32,000 bases of DNA. Source: Mycobacterium tuberculosis H37Rv (GTDB taxonomy: Bacteria > Actinomycetota > Actinomycetes > Mycobacteriales > Mycobacteriaceae). The notes beneath the pieces are model-generated. The model made no database searches and had not been told where the DNA came from. It saw only the letters and a program-made list of their open reading frames with translations. The stretch spans positions 2,970,001-3,002,000 of the forward strand of contig NC_000962.3 of assembly GCF_000195955.2 (NCBI RefSeq), read 5' to 3'. Positions 8,660 through 15,753 of the stretch are shown here, piece by piece. A program made the position numbers and the translations under genes. Within the stretch, counting starts at the first letter, position 1; every line of letters begins with the position of its first letter.

Positions 8660-9052
8660 TCAGACCACCACCCGCCGAATGTAGGCGTCACGCCGACGCT
8701 GGATCTCCCGAGAGACCGCCGGCCAGTCGGCGGCGGCGGATACGTCACGTGATGCCTCGGCCGACGCGGCCTGGCACGTCTCCACCCGGAGTGCCCAATG
8801 CCGAGCAGCGTCGCAGATCGCGGCCCATTTGACCGGGTCGGTGTCGTCGAGGTCGCACCACGCCGGGGTGCCGGCCATCGGCCATTCCACGGCGGCGGCC
8901 AGGGTCGGTGCGACATACTCGTGCACCGACCACCACGACACGGCGCGGGACGCGGTAGGATCGGTGCTAGACGGTGTGGCGACTGTCGCGGGTGCCCGGT
9001 CCTCTGTGGCCGGGCATCGTCGCGTCGGCGGCGACCCGCCGACGGCGGTCAT
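8660..9052 (-). CDS. phiRv2 hypothetical protein (Rv2656c)
   Basis: 130-aa ORF, 4-bp overlap with Rv2657c; tightly packed in the operon. Confidence 0.65.
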   Translation of the reverse strand: MTAVGGSPPTRRCPATEDRAPATVATPSSTDPTASRAVSWWSVHEYVAPTLAAAVEWPMAGTPAWCDLDDTDPVKWAAICDAARHWALRVETCQAASAEASRDVSAAADWPAVSREIQRRRDAYIRRVVV

Positions 9053-9309
9053 GCGGCACCACCGAACGGGTGCATGGCGCCGTCGACCTCATCGCGGCGC
9101 AGACGGACGAGGCGGGTGCCGGAGCGGTATCCGCGTAGGCGGCCGTCGGCGATCATCTGGCGGACCGTGCGGTCGGTGACCGCTAGATATTCGGCGGCCT
9201 CACTGATCGTGATGTACCGCCGTGACAACGGGGGAGCGTCTGCCATGCCGGGCCTTTCGGTCTCGTGAGAGACCGTCCACCCGAGACTCGGCGACGGGAA
9301 CGCGCACAT
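9049..9309 (-). CDS. AlpA/MerR-like helix-turn-helix excisionase (Rv2657c); likely true start at 9246
   Basis: YITISEAAEYLAVTDRTVRQMIADGRLRGYRSGTRLVRLRRDEVDGAM, typical DNA-binding excisionase/AlpA HTH. Confidence 0.88.
   Translation of the reverse strand: MCAFPSPSLGWTVSHETERPGMADAPPLSRRYITISEAAEYLAVTDRTVRQMIADGRLRGYRSGTRLVRLRRDEVDGAMHPFGGAA
9258..9275. promoter_or_regulatory. 7-bp-arm palindrome CGGTCTC-GTGA-GAGACCG upstream of the internal Rv2657c start
   Basis: Perfect inverted repeat, 11 nt upstream of ATG at 9246 on the minus strand. Confidence 0.45.
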
Positions 9310-9325
9310 GCGCGCACCGGAAAAT

Positions 9326-9688
9326 TTACCCGCCTAGCTGGCTCAAGCGCAAGCATAATGCGCTGAACGGAATTACGTGTCGCGCCTCTGCTATTGATGG
9401 ATCGTCAGCGTCGGGGATGGTCGACGTTCTCAGCTCGTGAAGCTTCGCCCCGAAACCGTCGAGGATCGCCGCGGCGGTCATCTCGGATATCGGCGCATAC
9501 TTTCGGCATGCCCGGCATTCGAGTTTCCACTCGATATGGCGGCCCCACTGTGTTTCGGTGAAGCGGGTGTTCGACCGCATCTGTATGTGCCCGCCGGCGG
9601 GTCGTTCGTCGTCGATCCAGGCGATGATGAGCGCTCCCGGTTCGTCGTCGCAGTTGCACATAACTACGTACTTAACCGCATCGGCCAT
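9326..9688 (-). CDS. phiRv2 hypothetical protein with paired cysteines (Rv2658c)
   Basis: About 120 aa; CNCDDEP and CRACRK motifs; between the excisionase-like gene and integrase. Confidence 0.7.
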   Translation of the reverse strand: MADAVKYVVMCNCDDEPGALIIAWIDDERPAGGHIQMRSNTRFTETQWGRHIEWKLECRACRKYAPISEMTAAAILDGFGAKLHELRTSTIPDADDPSIAEARHVIPFSALCLRLSQLGG

Positions 9689-9690
9689 CA

Positions 9691-10818
9691 TCACATCTCC
9701 TGGTTCTCGGCCAGTTTGCTTAACAGTGCGGCGATTTCGCGGTCCCGGCCCTTGGCGGCGTGCTGGTAGCGGAGTGCGGCGCCGGCTGTGCTGTGTCCTA
9801 GCCGCTGCATCAGTTCGGCCAGTGTGGCGCCGGTGGATGCAGCCAACACGGCGCCGGAGTGTCGAAGGTCGTGCACCCGTAAGTCTGGTCGGCCGGCGGC
9901 TTTTCGGGCCTTGTAGAACATGCGGTACAGCGCCGAGGGTGCTAGGTGACGGTTGGGGTCGTTGACCGATGGGAACAGCAGGGACTCCCGGCCGGGGTTG
10001 ACGTGTTTGTGAAGGTGGTCTTCGATGGCGGGTATCAGATGTGGCGGGATACTTATGTCGCGCACTCCCGCATCGCTTTTCGGTGTCGTCACCTTGAAGC
10101 CTTCGCCCACCCGAACGACAGCCCGCCGCACCCGCGCAACCTCGCCGTGCAGGTCGATGTCTTTGCGGCGTAATTCGGTCAGCTCGCCGTAGCGCATGGC
10201 CAGCCATGCCGCCATCAGCACGAACGCCTGGTAGGGGTCGGGCATGGCTTTGGTGATGGTTTCCAGCTCGTCGAGGGTGGCGGGCCTGATCTTGTGGACG
10301 CGGCGGGCGGTGGACGCGCCTGAGATGCGGCAGGGGTTGGAGTCGATCAGGTCGTCGGCCAAGGCGGTCTGCATGATTGCGCGCAGCAAGCTGTAGGAGT
10401 GTGCCCGCATGGTCGGTGTGCCCACGGCGGTGGTGGCGTACCAGCGGCGCACGGCGGCCGGGGTGATGTCGCGTAGGTCGGTGTCAGCGAAGGTGGCCAG
10501 GATGTGGTTGTCCAGCAGTTTGCGATAGTGGGCGCGGGTGCGGTCCTTGATTCCACGCTGCTTCAGCCATCCTTCGGCGTACTCACCGAATGGGGCTCCG
10601 GGGCGGTCTTCCTGACCCGATGCCGGGGACCATAGTTGTCGGTCGATTTCGCGGCGGCGGTCGGTGAGCCATGCTTCGGCGTCGATCTTGGCGTTGAAGG
10701 TTTTGGGGGCGATGTACACGCGGCCGTCGGGGCCGGTGTAGCTGGCTTGCCAGCGGCCGGAGTTGAACTGTCGGATGCGACCGAATTTGCGTCTCTGACG
10801 CTTGCCGGTTTGCGTCAC
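9691..10818 (-). CDS. phiRv2 tyrosine integrase (Rv2659c)
   Basis: MRYGELTELRRKDID...DLRVHDLRHSGAVLAASTGATLAELMQRLGHSTAGAALRYQHA; located beside attR. Confidence 0.97.
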   Translation of the reverse strand: MTQTGKRQRRKFGRIRQFNSGRWQASYTGPDGRVYIAPKTFNAKIDAEAWLTDRRREIDRQLWSPASGQEDRPGAPFGEYAEGWLKQRGIKDRTRAHYRKLLDNHILATFADTDLRDITPAAVRRWYATTAVGTPTMRAHSYSLLRAIMQTALADDLIDSNPCRISGASTARRVHKIRPATLDELETITKAMPDPYQAFVLMAAWLAMRYGELTELRRKDIDLHGEVARVRRAVVRVGEGFKVTTPKSDAGVRDISIPPHLIPAIEDHLHKHVNPGRESLLFPSVNDPNRHLAPSALYRMFYKARKAAGRPDLRVHDLRHSGAVLAASTGATLAELMQRLGHSTAGAALRYQHAAKGRDREIAALLSKLAENQEM

Positions 10819-10832
10819 TGTCGTCCCCTGTC

Positions 10833-10853
10833 CCGCGCAATAAACGCGCAATA
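10833..10853. repeat. CCGCGCAATAAACGCGCAATA, right copy, just upstream of the integrase gene
   Basis: Exact match to 63-83. Confidence 0.9.
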
Positions 10854-10962
10854 AGAGACTACATCAGATGCCGCTTGCTTCCGCACGCTTCCGGGGGTAC
10901 TGTTGTCTATGTCGCCTGGTCAGAGGCTTTCTGTACAGGTCAGACAGTATCCCACCGGCCCA

Positions 10963-11187
10963 CTAGTGAAACTGGTTCAATCCCAGTATCGCGCACCACG
11001 ATTGACCTGCGGTTTCATCCACAAAATCTGGGCTGCGTGAACTAAATGTGAACTGACTCGGTGCAACCACCGAAAGGTTCCTCTGTTCCGTGCCCACGCC
11101 GACACCGACGGTGACCCCACCAGATGCGCCTGCCGCCCGCTGGCTAGCCTGGCCTGTTGCTGCAAGCGCCTGGTCGACGCCCGCTAT
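10963..11187 (-). CDS. Annotated Rv2660c, doubtful as a protein; locus reported to yield a starvation-induced sRNA
   Basis: Minus-strand ORF spans the tRNA-derived attR sequence and lies opposite a better-looking plus-strand ORF. Confidence 0.25.
   Translation of the reverse strand: MAGVDQALAATGQASQRAAGASGGVTVGVGVGTEQRNLSVVAPSQFTFSSRSPDFVDETAGQSWCAILGLNQFH
10974..10998 (+). repeat. attR: duplicated tRNA 3' end fragment
   Basis: GGTTCAATCCCAGTATCGCGCACCA, T-loop plus acceptor 3' strand plus CCA without the remaining tRNA body. Confidence 0.85.
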
Positions 11188-11334
11188 CACGCTGTTGTCG
11201 CGTCCACCGAACTCACCGAGGCACGCCGCACCCGCGCAACCGAGCTGACGGAGCTGATCACCACCGCGCTCGCCTTCTGCGAACGGCTGCAAACGGTCGT
11301 TGAGGGTGACCGGCGGGCTGAGGTGACCCGATGA
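11041..11334 (+). pseudogene. Open frame related to Rv2645 N-terminus, lacking an obvious start
   Basis: Translates VPLFRAHADTDGDPTRCACRPLASLACCCKRLVDARYHAVVASTELTEARRTRATELTELITTALAFCERLQTVVEGDRRAEVTR; matches PLFCAHADTNGDPGRCAC of Rv2645. Confidence 0.6.
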
Positions 11335-11489
11335 GCGGCGGCTGGCTCGCCGAGCACCTCGGCCTGTCCACAAACCGGCTCCGGCACGAACTCGCAGACC
11401 GGCTCGACGCGCACTACGGGCCACCCGCACAGAACAGGGAGCTCGCGCGGCCGAGCCTGCGGATTATCAACGAGGGCACTGATGGATGA
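11331..11489 (+). CDS. Small 52-aa ORF, probably phage/accessory-derived, unannotated to my knowledge
   Basis: MSGGWLAEHLGLSTNRLRHELADRLDAHYGPPAQNRELARPSLRIINEGTDG; ATGA overlap with upstream frame and overlap with the next ATG at 11482. Confidence 0.55.
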   Translation: MSGGWLAEHLGLSTNRLRHELADRLDAHYGPPAQNRELARPSLRIINEGTDG

Positions 11490-11754
11490 CCTGACGCGGC
11501 TCCGGCGCGAGCTTCTGGACCGATTCGACGTGCGGGACTTCACAGACTGGCCTCCAGCATCGCTGCGAGCCCTCATCGCGACCTACGACCCCTGGATCGA
11601 CATGACGGCCAGCCCGCCACAGCCTGTATCGCCCGGAGGGCCTCGACTCCGACTCGTGCGATTAACCACCAACCCATCCGCGAGAGCAGCCCCTATCGGA
11701 AACGGTGGGGACTCTTCTGTTTGCGCTGGTGAGAAACAGTGCCGCCCACCGTAG
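11482..11754 (+). CDS. Hypothetical protein (Rv2662)
   Basis: 90-aa ORF overlapping the previous ORF end. Confidence 0.55.
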   Translation: MDDLTRLRRELLDRFDVRDFTDWPPASLRALIATYDPWIDMTASPPQPVSPGGPRLRLVRLTTNPSARAAPIGNGGDSSVCAGEKQCRPP

Positions 11755-11805
11755 CGGCCTGCGCGTGGCAATTGACCGACCTGACCCGAGTAGCCGCCAG
11801 TGGGC

Positions 11806-11851
11806 TGTAAGCCATTCTTTACGGCAGCCTGTTGTAAAGGTAACGTTTACA
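11806..11851. promoter_or_regulatory. Clustered GTAAA/TTTAC inverted half-sites upstream of Rv2663
   Basis: TGTAAG-N6-TTTACG (11806-11823) and TGTAAA-GGTAACG-TTTACA (11833-11851), ending 1 nt before GTG at 11853. Confidence 0.5.
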
Positions 11852-11852
11852 C

Positions 11853-12086
11853 GTGGAGGTGAGGGCTAGCGCCCGCAAGCACGGCATCAACGACGACGCC
11901 ATGCTCCACGCATACCGCAACGCGCTGCGCTACGTCGAACTGGAATACCACGGCGAAGTTCAACTGCTGGTGATCGGCCCCGACCAAACCGGGCGCCTTT
12001 TAGAGCTGGTCATCCCAGCAGACGAACCACCCCGGATTATCCACGCCAACGTACTACGCCCGAAGTTCTACGACTACCTGAGGTGA
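11853..12086 (+). CDS. Small toxin-like protein (Rv2663)
   Basis: 77 aa; [25 protein letters not shown]...[17 protein letters not shown]...[15 protein letters not shown], resembling a BrnT/RelE-like single-domain layout. Confidence 0.6.
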
Positions 12087-12096
12087 TGAGATAAGA

Positions 12097-12351
12097 GTGA
12101 AGCACAAGACCGACATTGACGAGTGGCTCGACACGATCGAGCCCAACCCGGCCGACGCCCACGATGCCAGCCACCTGCGGCGCATCATCGCCGCGAAAGA
12201 AGCGGTCCAAACAGCCGAATCTGAGTTGCGGGCCGCAGTGAATGCTGCCCGCGCCGCCGGCGACACCTGGGCAGCCATCGGCGTCGCCCTCGGCATCACC
12301 CGCCAGGCCGCGTTCCAACGGTTCGGGCCACACAGCACAGCGAGCCCCTAA
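12097..12351 (+). CDS. HTH-like small protein, antitoxin-like partner (Rv2664)
   Basis: 84 aa; GTG start 10 nt after Rv2663; C-terminal [23 protein letters not shown]. Confidence 0.6.
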
Positions 12352-12698
12352 ACCGGCGCGCCTCCGCGGTGGAGTTGACGACGACCAGACAGGGCCGAAG
12401 CGGAGTCACAGCGTCTGGCCGACACACGTGGCGTCGTGTTTGCTAGGCATGGGTTTTGTGTTTGCTGTCCCCCACAACCCCAGACCCGTACAAATCCCCA
12501 GACCCCTACACACAGCGACACGGCGACCCGCCGTCTCCTGAGTGTGTTTGCTAAAATTTCGTTTGTTCTGGTCGATCACTTATTGTGTTTGCCGGTTTTG
12601 GCGATGGGCTTGATTCCTCTGACAGCAACACCAGTTGGCCCCTTCCTGGCCAGGACGTGATAGACCACGCTGGTGGGTCATGCGCACCGGAGCACCCG

Positions 12699-12980
12699 AT
12701 GATCGTCGTCCGTACGGCCGAGGCGGCCGAGCAGGCCCTGACTGAGGGCCAGCTGGTCTGCCCCCGCCGCGGATGTGGCGACACCTTGCGGCGGTGGCGA
12801 TATGGACGGCGCCGGCATGTGCGCAGCCTCGGCTCGCAGGTGATCGATGTGCGGCCCCAGCGGGTGCGTTGCCGCAGATGCGAAAGCACCCATGTGCTCC
12901 TGCCAGCGGCGCTACAGCCACGCCTAGGGCGCGGCGGCGGCGGCCAGTTACGTCCAGGGGTGTGGTGTACGGGCAGGTAA
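12699..12980 (+). pseudogene. Transposase-associated DUF6431-like zinc-finger fragment (Rv2665)
   Basis: CPRRGCGDTLRRWRYGRRRHVRSLGSQVIDVRPQRVRCRRCESTHVLLPAAL; remainder of the family protein absent. Confidence 0.6.
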
Positions 12981-13018
12981 GGCCGGTGGGCGTGTCGTAG
13001 CCCAGTAGTGGGCGGTCA

Positions 13019-13852
13019 TCGCGTGATCCTTCGAAACGACCAGCAAAAGTCAATCGAAGGAAATGACGCAATGACCTCTTCTCATCTTATCGACACCGAG
13101 CAGCTTCTGGCTGACCAACTCGCACAGGCGAGCCCGGATCTGCTGCGCGGGCTGCTCTCGACGTTCATCGCCGCCTTGATGGGGGCTGAAGCCGACGCCC
13201 TGTGCGGGGCGGGCTACCGCGAACGCAGCGATGAGCGGTCCAATCAGCGCAACGGCTACCGCCACCGTGATTTCGACACCCGTGCCGCAACCATCGACGT
13301 CGCGATCCCCAAGCTGCGCCAGGGCAGCTATTTCCCGGACTGGCTGCTGCAGCGCCGCAAGCGAGCTGAACGCGCACTGACCAGCGTGGTGGCGACCTGC
13401 TACCTGCTGGGAGTATCCACTCGCCGGATGGAGCGCCTGGTCGAAACACTTGGTGTGACAAAGCTTTCCAAGTCGCAAGTGTCGATCATGGCCAAAGAGC
13501 TCGACGAAGCCGTAGAGGCGTTTCGGACCCGCCCGCTCGATGCCGGCCCGTATACCTTCCTCGCCGCCGACGCCCTGGTGCTCAAGGTGCGCGAGGCAGG
13601 CCGCGTCGTCGGGGTGCACACCTTGATCGCCACCGGCGTCAACGCCGAGGGCTACCGAGAGATCCTGGGCATCCAGGTCACCTCCGCCGAGGACGGGGCC
13701 GGCTGGCTGGCGTTCTTCCGCGACCTGGTCGCCCGCGGCCTGTCCGGGGTCGCGCTGGTCACCAGCGACGCCCACGCCGGCCTGGTGGCCGCGATCGGCG
13801 CCACCCTGCCCGCAGCGGCCTGGCAGCGCTGCAGAACCCACTACGCAGCCAA
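13019..13852 (+). mobile_element. 5'-portion of IS1081 (IS256 family), truncated at its 3' end
   Basis: Starts at TCGCGTGATCCTTCGAAAC terminal sequence; transposase ends WQRCRTHYAAN then runs into unrelated sequence. Confidence 0.88.
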
Positions 13853-13874
13853 TCACGGTCGACACAATGCATAA
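13071..13874 (+). pseudogene. Truncated IS1081 transposase (Rv2666)
   Basis: 267 aa, mutator-type transposase motifs; C-terminal third missing. Confidence 0.9.
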
Positions 13875-13894
13875 CGTCAACCTACTGTTGACGT
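13874..13894. promoter_or_regulatory. ACGTCAAC-CTACT-GTTGACGT palindrome, candidate clpC2 operator
   Basis: Perfect 8-bp arms, 5-bp spacer, ending 1 nt before the clpC2 ATG. Confidence 0.6.
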
Positions 13895-13895
13895 C

Positions 13896-14654
13896 ATGCC
13901 GGAGCCCACACCCACCGCCTACCCCGTCCGCCTCGACGAGCTCATCAACGCCATCAAACGGGTGCACAGCGACGTGTTGGACCAACTCAGCGACGCCGTC
14001 CTGGCCGCCGAGCATCTCGGCGAAATCGCCGATCACTTAATCGGCCACTTCGTCGATCAGGCCCGCCGCTCGGGCGCCTCCTGGTCCGATATCGGCAAGA
14101 GCATGGGCGTCACCAAACAGGCCGCGCAAAAGCGGTTCGTCCCCCGAGCCGAAGCCACCACACTGGATTCAAACCAGGGCTTCAGGCGTTTCACGCCGCG
14201 GGCCCGCAACGCCGTGGTCGCGGCCCAAAACGCCGCGCACGGAGCCGCCAGCAGCGAGATCACCCCCGATCACCTGTTGTTGGGAGTGCTCACTGACCCG
14301 GCCGCACTGGCCACGGCGTTGCTTCAGCAGCAGGAGATCGACATCGCAACCCTGCGTACGGCGGTCACGCTCCCCCCGGCAGTCACCGAGCCGCCTCAGC
14401 CGATCCCGTTCAGCGGCCCGGCGCGCAAGGTCCTCGAGCTCACCTTCCGCGAGGCGCTTCGGCTGGGCCACAACTACATCGGGACCGAACACCTGCTGCT
14501 GGCACTGCTAGAACTCGAGGACGGGGATGGGCCGTTGCATCGATCCGGCGTCGACAAGAGCCGCGCCGAGGCCGACCTGATCACCACGCTCGCATCGCTC
14601 ACCGGCGCCAACGCTGCCGGCGCAACCGATGCCGGCGCAACCGATGCCGGCTGA
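13896..14654 (+). CDS. clpC2: ClpC2, Clp N-domain protein with N-terminal HTH-like region (Rv2667)
   Basis: ITPDHLLLGVLTDPAALATALLQQQ...LGHNYIGTEHLLLALLELEDG Clp N repeats; upstream WSDIGKSMGVTKQAAQKRF. Confidence 0.93.
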   Translation: MPEPTPTAYPVRLDELINAIKRVHSDVLDQLSDAVLAAEHLGEIADHLIGHFVDQARRSGASWSDIGKSMGVTKQAAQKRFVPRAEATTLDSNQGFRRFTPRARNAVVAAQNAAHGAASSEITPDHLLLGVLTDPAALATALLQQQEIDIATLRTAVTLPPAVTEPPQPIPFSGPARKVLELTFREALRLGHNYIGTEHLLLALLELEDGDGPLHRSGVDKSRAEADLITTLASLTGANAAGATDAGATDAG

Positions 14655-14732
14655 GGCGAGCGACCCCTCCCCTTCGCGGCGCCGCGTGTGCAATCATGCG
14701 AAGGTCCCCCACCGGGAGCCGAGGAGGCACAG

Positions 14733-15254
14733 ATGCGCCACTGGCTGATCGTCCTCGCTACGCTGCTCGTCGCCGCCGCGGGCGTTGCGGCCGCCAACGA
14801 CGTGCCCCGTGCGTGGGCCGGCGACGCGCCGATCGGCCACATCGGCGACACGCTGCGTGTGGACACCGGCACCTACGTCGCCGACGTCACCGTCAGCAGC
14901 GTCGTACCGGTCGATCCGCCGCCGGGATTTGGCTATACCCGCAGCGGCGTCCCGGTCAAAAGCTTCCCCGACAGCTCAGTGACCCGCGCCGACGTGACGG
15001 TCCGCGCGGTCCGGGTGCCCAACTCCTTCATCTTGGCCACCAATTTCAGCTTCACCGGAGTAACGCCGTTTGCCGACGCGTACAAGCCGCGGCCGTGCGA
15101 CGCATCCGATTGGCTCGACGCCGCGTTGGGCAACGCGCCACAGGGCTCGATCGTTCGCGGCGGGGTGTACTGGGACGCCTACCGCGACCCGGTGTCGGTT
15201 GTCGTGCTGCTGGACGAGAAAACCGGCCAGCACCTCGCACAGTGGAACCTTTGA
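14733..15254 (+). CDS. Secreted hypothetical protein, MPT63-like (DUF1942) possible (Rv2668)
   Basis: Signal peptide MRHWLIVLATLLVAAAGVAAA then beta-rich protein. Confidence 0.7.
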   Translation: MRHWLIVLATLLVAAAGVAAANDVPRAWAGDAPIGHIGDTLRVDTGTYVADVTVSSVVPVDPPPGFGYTRSGVPVKSFPDSSVTRADVTVRAVRVPNSFILATNFSFTGVTPFADAYKPRPCDASDWLDAALGNAPQGSIVRGGVYWDAYRDPVSVVVLLDEKTGQHLAQWNL

Positions 15255-15282
15255 CCTGCGCCTCGAGATCGCCACGGCCGAC

Positions 15283-15753
15283 GTGACCGACGCCGACGAG
15301 TTGGCCGCCGTCGCCGCACGCACCTTCCCGCTGGCGTGCCCACCAGCGGTCGCCCCGGAGCACATCGCGTCGTTCGTCGACGCCAACCTGTCGTCGGCCC
15401 GGTTCGCCGAGTATCTGACCGATCCGCGGCGCGCCATCCTCACCGCCCGCCATGACGGCCGAATTGTCGGTTACGCCATGCTCATTCGCGGTGACGACCG
15501 GGACGTGGAGCTGTCCAAGCTGTACCTGCTGCCGGGTTATCATGGCACCGGAGCCGCTGCGGCATTGATGCACAAGGTGCTGGCTACCGCCGCCGACTGG
15601 GGCGCGCTCCGGGTGTGGCTGGGTGTCAACCAGAAAAACCAACGCGCACAACGCTTCTACGCGAAGACTGGTTTCAAGATCAACGGCACCAGGACGTTTC
15701 GACTGGGAGCCCACCACGAGAATGACTACGTCATGGTTCGCGAGCTTGTATGA
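15283..15753 (+). CDS. GNAT-family acetyltransferase (Rv2669)
   Basis: VELSKLYLLPGYHGTGAAAALMHKVLATAADWGALRVWLGVNQKNQRAQRFYAKTGF. Confidence 0.88.
   Translation: MTDADELAAVAARTFPLACPPAVAPEHIASFVDANLSSARFAEYLTDPRRAILTARHDGRIVGYAMLIRGDDRDVELSKLYLLPGYHGTGAAAALMHKVLATAADWGALRVWLGVNQKNQRAQRFYAKTGFKINGTRTFRLGAHHENDYVMVRELV

Larger units (their letters stand above)
1..10998. mobile_element. phiRv2 prophage-like element integrated in the 3' end of a tRNA gene
   Basis: 16-bp direct repeat CCAGTATCGCGCACCA at 1-16 and 10983-10998; right copy sits in GGTTCAATCCCAGTATCGCGCACCA (T-arm, acceptor 3' strand, CCA). Encodes integrases, capsid, protease, small terminase, replication ATPase, excisionase-like HTH. 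Left core may extend beyond the window. Confidence 0.95.

Noticed and set aside
11187-11576. Minus-strand ORF (annotated Rv2661c, 129 aa)
   Set aside because: Opposes a plus-strand chain of overlapping ORFs and shows no recognisable domain; treated as a likely spurious call pending peptide evidence.
12242-12660. ORFs 12242-12541 and 12436-12660
   Set aside because: Overlap Rv2664 out of frame or cover the AT-rich GTGTTTGC patch; low-complexity translations without start context.
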